Origin: a virus
Lineage: Duplodnaviria > Caudoviricetes
Direction: 5' to 3' (one strand)
IMG/VR virus record: IMGVR_UViG_3300032287_000344
Span: 1 to 29,746 of that record
Length of the DNA: 29,746 nt
How positions within the stretch are numbered: position 1 is the stretch's first letter; every line of letters starts with the position of its first letter. Shown in pieces: positions 16,421 through 25,021 of the stretch. A program made the translations under genes and the position numbers. The notes beneath the pieces were generated by a model. That model was not told the origin of the DNA, did no database searches, and saw nothing but the letters and a program-made list of their open reading frames with translations.

Positions 16421-18913
16421 ATGGCAGCAGGCGACCCCGGCACACTCAAAAGAAATTACTCATCCATTGCGATTGAAACAACGCTCTCTGCGAGCCTTGC
16501 CTCAGCAGCATCGGGTGATAGTAATACAGTCAATGTGGCAGCAATCTCCGGCTTTCCCGGCACTGCCCCTTACACACTTATTATTGACCCAGATACTTCT
16601 AAAGAAGAAGTAATTACAGTAACTGTTACTGGTACTACTGTTCTTACTGCAGTACGCGGTCAAGACGGAACAGCAGCAGTTGCTCACGCTGCTGGCGCTA
16701 CTGTACGCCATGGTGTATCTGGCCGTGAGTTTAAAGAATTACAGACACACATCGCAGCCCGCGGTTTTGCATCAGACTCTGGAATCCTATCTGGCGTAGA
16801 TACCCATGTTCACGGCATTGCTTCTGGACAGGGTGATGTAGTTGGTACCGCAAAAGAACAAACCCTTACCAATAAAACAATCAGCGGTGCAAGCAACACT
16901 ATCAGCAATATCAATCTTGCTTCTCAAGTAACTGGCACATTGCCAGCAAATAATGGTGGCACTGGTATCACATCTCTTGGAACTGGCATTGCCACTTTCC
17001 TTGGTACTCCATCTAGCGCAAATCTACGCGCTGCTCTTACTGATGAAACAGGAACTGGCGCTGCAGTATTTGGAACTAGCCCAACAATCAGCAGCCCAAC
17101 CATTACTGGCACTGGAGCAATTGCTGGTACCTTTACTGGTAATTTAACAGGCAACGCTGATACAGCAACAGCCCTTGCTACTGCACGCAACTTTCAACTT
17201 GTTGGCGACATTGAGGCCGGTGCTGTATCTTTCAATGGTACTGCAGCAGTAACCCTAACAACCTCTATTGGTACGGGTGTAATTGTCAACGCCGATGTCA
17301 ACGCATCTGCTGGTATTGTTTATAGCAAACTTAATCTTGCAAACTCAATTGTTAACGCAGATGTATCAGGAACTGCTGGTATTGCCTATAGCAAGTTAAG
17401 CCTTGGTGGGGCAATTACTTCTGCTGACCTTGCAGATGGAACAATTGTTAATACCGACATTAGCAATACTGCAGCAATTGCACTGAGCAAGTTGGCGACA
17501 GACCCACTAGCACGCGCTAACCACACTGGCACTCAGACTGCAAGCACCATCTCTAATTTTGATACACAGGTGCGCACTAGCCGACTAGACCAGATGGCTG
17601 CTCCAACTGCTTCTGTTTCATTAAACAGCCAGAAAATTACTAATCTTGCTACTCCAACAAACAGTGGCGATGCTGTGTCTTTGGGTTATCTTAATGGCCA
17701 AAAGGGTGTAGCAAATGGTATTGCTGAACTTGATGGAAGTGGATTAGTTCCAACCCATCATTTGCCAGCATTGGCTATTTCTGAAACTTCTGTAGTTAAC
17801 TCACAAGCCAATATGCTTGCACTTACTGCACAAATTGGTGATGTTGCAGTTCGCACAGATGTTAACAAATCATTTATTCTTACTGCCACACCAGCCTCTA
17901 CCCTTGGCAACTGGCAGGAACTTCTTACCCCAACAGATGCAGTTCTTTCTGTTGATGGTGGCACTGGTGCAATAAGCCTATCTGGTACATACTTAAACAG
18001 AACTAGCGGTCAGTTGCTTGGCAACTTGGATGCTAATGGATTCAAAGTAACTGGACTAGGTACACCAACAAGCAACGCAGATGCTGCTACTAAGGTCTAT
18101 GTAGATACAGTTGCCGGTTCTGCTACTGCTGCTGCAGCAAGCGCTACCGCTGCTGCTGCTTCATACGACAGTTTTGATGACCGTTATCTTGGCGCTAAGT
18201 CAAGCGCTCCTACGCTAGATAATGATGGCAATGCACTTCTTACTGGTGCTATCTACTGGAACAGCACTACTAACGCAATGTATGCGTGGACTGGTTCTGC
18301 TTGGGGTTCAATTTCTTCTACTGCTGATTTATTCCGCTATCGCTTTACAGCAGCAGGCGGAGAAACATCAGAGTCAGGAATTGATGACAATGGTGTAACA
18401 CTTGCGTACATCCCAGGCAAAGAACAAGTTTACCTTAACGGTGTACTACTAGCCCGTAATTCTGATTATGTAGCAAGCAATGGAACTAGCATTGGTTCGC
18501 TTTCAGCGCTGGCTGCAGGCGACATACTTGAAATCATTTCTTTCACTTCGTTTGAAATGGCAGATGCTGTTCAACGAGCAGTTCTTGACGCTAAAGGTGA
18601 TTTGATTGTTGCTTCTGCTGCAGACACCGCAGGTAAGTTATCAGTAGGTACTGATGGACAAGTTCTTACTGCATCGTCAACAGCATCACTTGGAGTTACT
18701 TGGGCAACACCTGCTCCAGGATATACCGCACCTACACTTGGTAGCACAGCAATTAACTCTGGTGCGACAGTAACAACAATCTCTGGTTTAACTCTATCTG
18801 CTCCAACGCTATCAGGAACTGTTACCGCTTCTGGCGATATTAATTTAACTGCAGCAAATGGACCAGGAAGTTTGATTGATGAATTAGCACTGCTCATGAT
18901 GGGCGCACTCTAA
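16421..18913 (+). CDS. Tail fibre protein (830 aa)
   Basis: Thr/Gly/Ala-rich mosaic with QTLTNKTI, ITNLATPT..DA, DAATKVYVD, QVYLNGVLL, AKGDLIVA..KLSVGTDGQVL modules typical of phage fibres. Confidence 0.8.
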   Translation: MAAGDPGTLKRNYSSIAIETTLSASLASAASGDSNTVNVAAISGFPGTAPYTLIIDPDTSKEEVITVTVTGTTVLTAVRGQDGTAAVAHAAGATVRHGVSGREFKELQTHIAARGFASDSGILSGVDTHVHGIASGQGDVVGTAKEQTLTNKTISGASNTISNINLASQVTGTLPANNGGTGITSLGTGIATFLGTPSSANLRAALTDETGTGAAVFGTSPTISSPTITGTGAIAGTFTGNLTGNADTATALATARNFQLVGDIEAGAVSFNGTAAVTLTTSIGTGVIVNADVNASAGIVYSKLNLANSIVNADVSGTAGIAYSKLSLGGAITSADLADGTIVNTDISNTAAIALSKLATDPLARANHTGTQTASTISNFDTQVRTSRLDQMAAPTASVSLNSQKITNLATPTNSGDAVSLGYLNGQKGVANGIAELDGSGLVPTHHLPALAISETSVVNSQANMLALTAQIGDVAVRTDVNKSFILTATPASTLGNWQELLTPTDAVLSVDGGTGAISLSGTYLNRTSGQLLGNLDANGFKVTGLGTPTSNADAATKVYVDTVAGSATAAAASATAAAASYDSFDDRYLGAKSSAPTLDNDGNALLTGAIYWNSTTNAMYAWTGSAWGSISSTADLFRYRFTAAGGETSESGIDDNGVTLAYIPGKEQVYLNGVLLARNSDYVASNGTSIGSLSALAAGDILEIISFTSFEMADAVQRAVLDAKGDLIVASAADTAGKLSVGTDGQVLTASSTASLGVTWATPAPGYTAPTLGSTAINSGATVTTISGLTLSAPTLSGTVTASGDINLTAANGPGSLIDELALLMMGAL
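17282..17496 (+). repeat. Degenerate ~22-aa tandem repeats in the tail fibre
   Basis: IVNADVNASAGIVYSKLNLANS / IVNADVSGTAGIAYSKLSLGGA / ITSADLADGT / IVNTDISNTAAIALSKLA. Confidence 0.7.
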
Positions 18914-18931
18914 CAAGGAAGGTAGTAAATA

Positions 18932-19246
18932 ATGGCTACAACAACTAAGGCTCTTGCCAGAACAGCAGCAGCCACAAGCAGCACAACTCTCTACACTGTA
19001 CCAAATACCAGCACTACAACTATTGTAACAAGCATCGTAGTAACTAACTCAGCAACATCTGCTGCTACTTTTACCATTGCAGTAGATAGCGTTGATATGT
19101 TTACAACAACGGCACTTGCTGCTAACTCAACGGCTATATTTGATATGAAACAAGTTATTCCCGCAAATGCTACACCTAAAACTATTTCTGGTTTTGCATC
19201 AGCAACTACAGTAAGATTTCACATTAGCGGAATAGAGGTATCTTAA
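18932..19246 (+). CDS. Small beta-rich tail-associated protein (104 aa)
   Basis: TTLYTVP..TTIVTSIVVTN...FHISGIE pattern of small virion beta-sandwich proteins; SD AAGGAAGG upstream. Confidence 0.7.
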   Translation: MATTTKALARTAAATSSTTLYTVPNTSTTTIVTSIVVTNSATSAATFTIAVDSVDMFTTTALAANSTAIFDMKQVIPANATPKTISGFASATTVRFHISGIEVS

Positions 19247-19247
19247 T

Positions 19248-20228
19248 ATGGGTTCATCAGTATTTCCAACACCATCATCTGCCGTAAACTTAGGTGGATT
19301 GGTTCCGCTTGGATTAACTTTACAACAAACAATTACTTCTGGAACAACAGTTACCATTCCATCTGGAGTGCAATTTGTTTATGCAGTTGTAGCCGGAGGC
19401 GGTGGAGGCGGTGGACACGGTGTTTCAGGCTCCAACACTGGCGGTGGCGGAGGTGCTGGTGCAGTACTTGCAGGTTGGGTTCCGGCTTCTACTGTTTGCA
19501 CAATTGGTTCTGGTGGCTCAGGCTCCTCTAGCGGTGGCTCAGCAGCAGGAGGCGATGGAACTACAACTACCTATGCAACATTAAACGCCGAAGGTGGCGG
19601 TGGTGGTGGTTCTGGTACAGGCGGAGCAAGTGGACGACCTGGCTCTGGCACTAATGCTGGTGGTTCTGCCGGTGGTGGTGGCGGTGCAAATAATGGAACA
19701 GGTGGTAGTGGTGGCAACAGTACGGCATTATCAACTCACATTGGTTCAACTTTAATATCAACAATTTTTGCTGCCGGTGGCGCATCTGGCTCTGGTGGTG
19801 GTAGCGGAACTGCAGGCGGTAATAGTTATGGTGGTGGCGGAGGCGGAGCAAGTGGGGCTGCAACTGGCACTTTTAATGGCGGTAGAGGCGGTAGCGGAAT
19901 TTCTGGCGGCGGTGGAGGTGCTGCTATGTCTGCTGGCGCTGGCGGAGCCGGTGGCGATGGACTTGCCGGTGGAGGCGGTGGAGGCAACTGGAGCGTTAAT
20001 CCCGGAGGAGCAGGTGGAAGGTCTATTGCTTCTGCATCCGTTGCTGCAACCGCAATGGGTGGAGCAGGTGGAGGCGGAATAGCCGCTGCAGGCACAAATA
20101 GTGGAAGTCGTACTGGCGGAGCAGGTGGCGCAGGTGGCGGCGGAGGAGGCGGTGCTGGTGGCACCGGCGGAACCGGAACTGGCACTGGCGGTAATGGCGG
20201 CAGCGGTGCAATCCTTCTTTACTACTAG
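19248..20228 (+). CDS. Glycine-rich tail/adhesin-like protein 1 (326 aa)
   Basis: TITSGTTVTIPSGVQFVYAVVAGGGGGGG N-motif, many GGGGG runs, GGNGGSGAILLYY C-terminus. Confidence 0.75.
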   Translation: MGSSVFPTPSSAVNLGGLVPLGLTLQQTITSGTTVTIPSGVQFVYAVVAGGGGGGGHGVSGSNTGGGGGAGAVLAGWVPASTVCTIGSGGSGSSSGGSAAGGDGTTTTYATLNAEGGGGGGSGTGGASGRPGSGTNAGGSAGGGGGANNGTGGSGGNSTALSTHIGSTLISTIFAAGGASGSGGGSGTAGGNSYGGGGGGASGAATGTFNGGRGGSGISGGGGGAAMSAGAGGAGGDGLAGGGGGGNWSVNPGGAGGRSIASASVAATAMGGAGGGGIAAAGTNSGSRTGGAGGAGGGGGGGAGGTGGTGTGTGGNGGSGAILLYY

Positions 20229-20239
20229 GAGATACTTAA

Positions 20240-20431
20240 ATGATAATTACAACAATTAGACATACCTATCAATGCAGTTCTTGTAATAAAAATTATATTG
20301 AACAAAGAAGGCAAGAAGAATTAAATGCTTACTTTACTCAGTGTGATTTTTGTGGTGGAAATTATATGGAAGTTGCTACCGAAGAATTTACCCACGAAGA
20401 GCCAGACCCCGTTACAGAGGATAACAACTAA
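20240..20431 (+). CDS. Small Zn-ribbon protein (63 aa; CxxC..CxxC)
   Basis: YQCSSC...CDFCGG; SD AGGAG at 20227-31; TAATG coupling to the next gene. Confidence 0.7.
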   Translation: MIITTIRHTYQCSSCNKNYIEQRRQEELNAYFTQCDFCGGNYMEVATEEFTHEEPDPVTEDNN

Positions 20432-21099
20432 TGACTAAATCAAGAGATAATGCAAACAATGCACTTGCAGACATTACTGGCGTAACAGCCGGTACTGGTC
20501 TTACTGGTGGAGGAACCTCTGGCACCGTCAGCATTGCCATTGACTCAACAGTTGCTACCTTGGCTGGTTCAGGAACGCTTACCAATAAAACAGTTGCGCT
20601 TGGTTCTAACACGGTATCAGGAACATTGGCTCAATTTAATACTGCTGTAACTGATGCAGATTTTGTATCCCTTACTGGAACAGAAACTCTTTCTAATAAA
20701 ATCCTTCTTTCACCAGAAGAAAGAACAACTGTTTCTGCTACGGCTGCTACCGGAACTGTGCATTTTGATGCCGTTACTCAAGGTGTTTTGTATTACACAA
20801 CAAATGCATCTGGTAACTGGACATTAAACATTAGAGGTAACTCGGGAACAACATTAAATTCATTACTTGCAGTTGGTGATGCTATTACCGTATCATTTTT
20901 AGCAACCAATGGTTCAACCGCCTACTATCAAACATCATTCACAATTGATGGTTCTGCAGTAACTCCAAAGTATAGTGGTGGAACTGCCCCTGCTTCTGGC
21001 AACGCATCTTCAATTGATGTGTATTCTTATACTATTGTAAAAACAGCAGCAACACCAACCTACACTGTATTTGGTGCAGGTCCGGTTAAATACGCTTAG
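20431..21099 (+). CDS. Short tail fibre/spike-like protein (222 aa)
   Basis: MTKSRD start, ITGVTAGTGLTGGGTSG and TLTNKT fibre motifs, C-terminal beta domain (GGTAPASGNASSIDVYSYTIVKT). Confidence 0.7.
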   Translation: MTKSRDNANNALADITGVTAGTGLTGGGTSGTVSIAIDSTVATLAGSGTLTNKTVALGSNTVSGTLAQFNTAVTDADFVSLTGTETLSNKILLSPEERTTVSATAATGTVHFDAVTQGVLYYTTNASGNWTLNIRGNSGTTLNSLLAVGDAITVSFLATNGSTAYYQTSFTIDGSAVTPKYSGGTAPASGNASSIDVYSYTIVKTAATPTYTVFGAGPVKYA

Positions 21100-21107
21100 G
21101 AGATAAT

Positions 21108-21950
21108 ATGCCATTTTTTGCACCCGTATCTGCTGGTGGAATAGGTAAAGCAACAGTAACTGGAACTACTGGTTCGCCAAGCGTTGATACTTCTTCACGC
21201 GCTGGTAAAACTATCTACAATTTTACCAGTTCTGGTTCTATCACTGTTGGAACAGGTGGAACTTGTGAAGTATTAATTATTGGAGGCGGCGGAGGCGGCG
21301 GTGGAGGTGGAGGCTCTGCTGGCGGAGGCGGTGGTGGTGCAGGGGGTTTCCTGTATCAAAGTTCTGTTTACATACCTTCTGGAACTTTAACCGTTACTGT
21401 TGGTGTAGGTGGTACAGGTGGTCTAAATAATTCAAACACTCCTTCCCATGGAACAAATGGTGGTGCTAGTTGCATTGGAACTTTGGTTGCTATTGGTGGC
21501 GGAGGAGGCGGTGGAGGTGGAAACACTTCTTACAATTATGATGGTCAGACTGGTGGTTCTGGTGGAGGAAGTGCTGGCGCTAACTATGACACTGGTAAAG
21601 CATTTTCTGGACAAGGCAACAATGGAGGTTTAAGTTCTGGAGGAGGCGGTGCTGGTGGAGGCGGTGCTGGCAGCGCCGGTGGAAACGCAGGTTCAGGTGT
21701 CTGTGGAAATGGTGGAAGCGGTCAGGCATCTTCTATAACTGGCACATCTGTTACTTATGCTGGCGGCGGTGGTGGTTCAGGTTCTACTGGATTTACCGGA
21801 GGAAGCGCTGGTTCTGGCGGTGGCGGTGCAGGAACTGTTGGCTCTGGAAGTGGTGGAACCGCAAACACTGGTGGTGGTGGTGGTGGAGGAAGAAATGGAA
21901 GCAACGGTTTTTCCGGTGGTTCTGGCAGGGTCATAATAGTAATTGGATAG
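21108..21950 (+). CDS. Glycine-rich tail/adhesin-like protein 2 (280 aa)
   Basis: YNFTSSGSITV..EVLIIGGGGGGG, GTSVTYAGGGGG, GTANTGGGGGG, GGSGRVIIV motifs of the phage glycine-rich domain; SD AGGAG. Confidence 0.8.
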   Translation: MPFFAPVSAGGIGKATVTGTTGSPSVDTSSRAGKTIYNFTSSGSITVGTGGTCEVLIIGGGGGGGGGGGSAGGGGGGAGGFLYQSSVYIPSGTLTVTVGVGGTGGLNNSNTPSHGTNGGASCIGTLVAIGGGGGGGGGNTSYNYDGQTGGSGGGSAGANYDTGKAFSGQGNNGGLSSGGGGAGGGGAGSAGGNAGSGVCGNGGSGQASSITGTSVTYAGGGGGSGSTGFTGGSAGSGGGGAGTVGSGSGGTANTGGGGGGGRNGSNGFSGGSGRVIIVIG

Positions 21951-21989
21951 TTAAAAACTAATCATTTGTTTAAACACTAAAGGAGCAAT

Positions 21990-23948
21990 GTGGTAACACG
22001 CGCACCGGATATTACAGAGCGCCCGTTAATTGATTTAACTGGGCGCACTTCTGTTTACTACGACCCAACGGGTAACAAGTTTGATATTGCTATTGCCAAT
22101 ATGCCTTTCATCATGGCTGCCACGGACAATACGCCATACCGCAGACAGACTGCAGAGTTTCGTACTCAGCGAGTGGACCAAGCCCGCGACCCGGGAGAGC
22201 AAACACTTTCGGGTTCAGGCTATTGGATTCGTTCACAGTCATCCTTCCACTTGGGTTCTGGCATTAACTATGCCGAGCCTATTGATGGCAATGCTGATGA
22301 GGTTCGCTTTCGTTACAAGTCATCCACTGGTATCAATCCTTGGACTCCAGGTGAACTATCTCTTCTTAAATCTACTACCAGAGTAGAGGCATTTACTGGC
22401 AAGGTATATCTATTCTCTCAGTCCAAGAACGGAACTGAGTATGTAGTTGCTGTTACCCAAAATGCTACAGAAACAAAAAGAATTATTCAGTACACAACCG
22501 CTGGTGTAGGTACAACAATTGCTAACAACACTGCCATCACAGAAAAGATTATTGCTGCTGGCATGGGTGGTAATGACTTATTTGTTGCTACACCAACCAA
22601 GGTATATCGCTATTCATTTGATGCTGTAACTCCAACGCTTCGGGTGGACTACAACATTAACTCAGGAAACGCGGTTGATGCAACCATTAACTATGTAAAA
22701 AATCGTTTTATCATAGCGTACAACGATGTTAATGGTGGAACTTATGTTTATGAAATTACTAGACAAACAGGTTCTGCTGTTAACTTTAGCACCTTAACCG
22801 CAGTCAATGGAAGTGCAACCCTTCCTATTGGCTTTACTTTTAGAGGAATTACTGAATCAAGTGCTGCTATTTATATTGGTGGCTTTAGCGGTAATCAAGG
22901 CATAGTGTTTAAACTTACCGTTGACAGCACCGGAACTTTATCAACAATGACTAGCGTTCTTATATTGCCAGTTGGCGAACGCTTACTTGGATTGTTTGGA
23001 TACCTCGGCACCTATGTAATGATAGGAACTAACCAGGGAGTTCGTGTTGCAATTGCAAACGACACTGGAGATTTGTCCTACGGTCCATTGGTGTTTACAT
23101 CTACTAATGGTATCTATAAATTTGCTGCAGCAGGAACATTTGTGTGGGCTGGAGTTCAAACCGAAATTGGTGGTTACTCTGGAACATACAGAATTAACCT
23201 TGGTTCCCCATTGACAAATGGAAGTTATGCAAGCGCAAGTGATTTAGCAACTACAGCAATAGGTCATGTTTATGGCATGGCACATTTTGCAAATAGACTT
23301 GCTTTTACTGTTGAAGATAGTGGTGTCTGGTTTGAACACGCTACTAACCTTGTTGAAACAGGTGAGATTGTATTAGCAAAGATTCGCTTTGATACCCTTG
23401 AGAACAAGGCGTGGAAGCGTATTCGCGTTCGTACACCAGCAACTCTTAATGGCGACATTGATATGTTCAAGGTTGGTCCTACATCTAATATCTTTATCCA
23501 GTCAATCAATGAAGGTGCAGCAACTAATTATGACTACGACCTTGCCACAGTCTTTACGGACACTGCAGTTGATGCTTCATTTACGTTCACGCTCAACCGC
23601 AACTCCACCTCTGCCACTACGGGTGCTGTTGTTAATGGTATATCTATTAAGGCTTTGCCTACTCCTACCCGTGCAAGGGTGCTACAGATTCCTCTGTTTC
23701 TTTATGATAAGGAAACGGACAAGTTAGGAAACATTGTTGGCTACGAGGGTTATGCACGCGCACGCTTGCAAGAACTAGAAACCCTTGAAGCACAAGGGGA
23801 TACCGTCATTATCCAAGATTTTACCAATGGCGGAGAACCAACCGAAGCCGTAATTGAACAAGTTACCTTCACTCGCACCACACCATCTGCTCGCAACTAC
23901 TCAGGCTTTGGCGGTATCGTACAAGTCATAGCCCGAACTGTCGTATAA
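21990..23948 (+). CDS. Putative tail nozzle/tubular protein B-like beta-propeller (652 aa)
   Basis: SD AAGGAG before GTG; W.R.QSSFH.G.G and GINPWTPGELSLL N-terminus, repeated beta-strand blades; last structural gene before lysis. Confidence 0.55.
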   Translation: MVTRAPDITERPLIDLTGRTSVYYDPTGNKFDIAIANMPFIMAATDNTPYRRQTAEFRTQRVDQARDPGEQTLSGSGYWIRSQSSFHLGSGINYAEPIDGNADEVRFRYKSSTGINPWTPGELSLLKSTTRVEAFTGKVYLFSQSKNGTEYVVAVTQNATETKRIIQYTTAGVGTTIANNTAITEKIIAAGMGGNDLFVATPTKVYRYSFDAVTPTLRVDYNINSGNAVDATINYVKNRFIIAYNDVNGGTYVYEITRQTGSAVNFSTLTAVNGSATLPIGFTFRGITESSAAIYIGGFSGNQGIVFKLTVDSTGTLSTMTSVLILPVGERLLGLFGYLGTYVMIGTNQGVRVAIANDTGDLSYGPLVFTSTNGIYKFAAAGTFVWAGVQTEIGGYSGTYRINLGSPLTNGSYASASDLATTAIGHVYGMAHFANRLAFTVEDSGVWFEHATNLVETGEIVLAKIRFDTLENKAWKRIRVRTPATLNGDIDMFKVGPTSNIFIQSINEGAATNYDYDLATVFTDTAVDASFTFTLNRNSTSATTGAVVNGISIKALPTPTRARVLQIPLFLYDKETDKLGNIVGYEGYARARLQELETLEAQGDTVIIQDFTNGGEPTEAVIEQVTFTRTTPSARNYSGFGGIVQVIARTVV

Positions 23949-23958
23949 GGAATATAAA

Positions 23959-24156
23959 ATGACCCCTGCTGATTGGGCTGGCCTAGCCGTATCCATCGTT
24001 ACCATTGTTACCGCGTTTCTTGCAGCAACAAGATGGTTGGTGAAACACTATTTAAACGAACTTAAACCCAATTCTGGCAGCAGTTTAAAAGATTCCGTCA
24101 ATAGGCTTGAACGACAGGTAGAAACAATTATGACAATTCTTATGGAGCGTAAGTAA
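23959..24156 (+). CDS. Membrane protein, putative holin 1 (65 aa)
   Basis: One TM helix (WAGLAVSIVTIVTAFLAA), then ELKPNSGSSLKDSVNRLE coiled coil, a pattern I recall from actinophage lysis cassettes. Confidence 0.65.
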   Translation: MTPADWAGLAVSIVTIVTAFLAATRWLVKHYLNELKPNSGSSLKDSVNRLERQVETIMTILMERK

Positions 24157-24201
24157 TGTGGTCTGACTACCCACCGATACTTGAACCGAAAGGAAAGAAA
24201 G

Positions 24202-24657
24202 ATGATTCCACTAGCGCGTGTTGCACAACCGGCTGCCATTGCAGTCCTACGCCAAGCAACAGCACTGTTCCCGAAGAGGAACAAGGCATCGGATGGGCTG
24301 CTCCCATCTAAAGCACACATCAAGCAGAATCCAAACTCTGACCATAACTCAGGATTTGCTTGCGACTTAACGCATGACCCAAAGAACGGCATTGATTGCA
24401 AAGACATATTCCAAAAACTGAAAGAGGATAATCGTGTCAAGTACCTCATCTTCCAAGGGCGCATCTGGTCCGAAGAAAAAGGCGAGCGCGACTTCAACGG
24501 CTACGCCCACCCGCACCATCTCCACATCAGCATCAAAGAAACAAAAGGCAACGACAAAAGCCCGTGGTTCCCGTGGCTCGGTGAACCCAAAAAAGTCAAC
24601 ACCGTCAAAGCCAAAGTTAAGCCCAAGCCAAAGAAAGAAGCAAGACCAAATGAATAA
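24202..24657 (+). CDS. Endolysin, Zn-dependent LAS/M15-like peptidase (151 aa)
   Basis: SDHNSGFACD (H-x6-D) and HPHHLHIS (HxH) Zn ligands; basic C-terminal tail. ATG 24202 follows AAGGAAAG and is preferred over TTG 24181. Confidence 0.8.
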   Translation: MIPLARVAQPAAIAVLRQATALFPKRNKASDGLLPSKAHIKQNPNSDHNSGFACDLTHDPKNGIDCKDIFQKLKEDNRVKYLIFQGRIWSEEKGERDFNGYAHPHHLHISIKETKGNDKSPWFPWLGEPKKVNTVKAKVKPKPKKEARPNE

Positions 24658-24844
24658 AGAAAAGATTAATGCAATTGTAGGTTCGTATTTACGAGCAGCA
24701 ATTACTGCAGTTGTCGCTCTTTACATGGCAGGAGTAACAGACCCAAAGGCTCTAGGTTCTGCAGCACTAGCAGCAGTACTTGCTCCACTTGCTAAAGCGC
24801 TAGACAAATCCGCAAAAGATTATGGCCGCGGAGCCAAGAAGTAA
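24650..24844 (+). CDS. Putative holin 2 (64 aa, two TM segments); possible longer isoform from GTG 24434
   Basis: SYLRAAITAVVALYMAGVTDPKALGSAALAAVLAPLAKALD...YGRG; overlaps the endolysin stop. Confidence 0.7.
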   Translation: MNKEKINAIVGSYLRAAITAVVALYMAGVTDPKALGSAALAAVLAPLAKALDKSAKDYGRGAKK

Positions 24845-24860
24845 CAGTTTAAACACAAAC

Positions 24861-24904
24861 GCCCCGATGAGGATTTATTCCTTGTCGGGGCTTTTTTCTT
24901 TTTT
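24861..24904 (+). terminator. Rho-independent terminator ending the late operon
   Basis: 13-bp stem GCCCCGATGAGGA/TCCTTGTCGGGGC followed by TTTTTTCTTTTTT. Confidence 0.9.
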
Positions 24905-25021
24905 CTGCTCAGTTTCAATAGCCTTAACTATCCTTACCGCCATGCTACCCGGGCTATCAGGAAGTGTGTATCCATACTCATCCCACAAAACACCAGAAAC
25001 AATCGTGTAAAGATTTGTCAT
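24875..25021 (-). CDS. Small hypothetical protein, 48 aa (not in the ORF track)
   Basis: ATGA overlap with the methyltransferase stop; MTNLYTIVSGVLWDEYGYTLPDSPGSMAVRIVKAIETEQKKEKSPDKE; its stop lies in the terminator loop. Confidence 0.55.
   Translation of the reverse strand: MTNLYTIVSGVLWDEYGYTLPDSPGSMAVRIVKAIETEQKKEKSPDKE

Noticed and set aside
19826-20185. Minus-strand poly-proline ORF (119 aa) and other ORFs overlapping the glycine-rich genes
   Set aside because: Antisense or frame shadows of GGN glycine codons; no RBS, and opposite to the operon direction.
16421-23948. Diversity-generating retroelement acting on tail genes
   Set aside because: No reverse transcriptase and no TR/VR pair differing at adenines was visible in the window.
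24822-25010. Plus-strand 62-aa ORF crossing the terminator
   Set aside because: Runs through a strong terminator and is antisense to a better-coupled minus-strand ORF.
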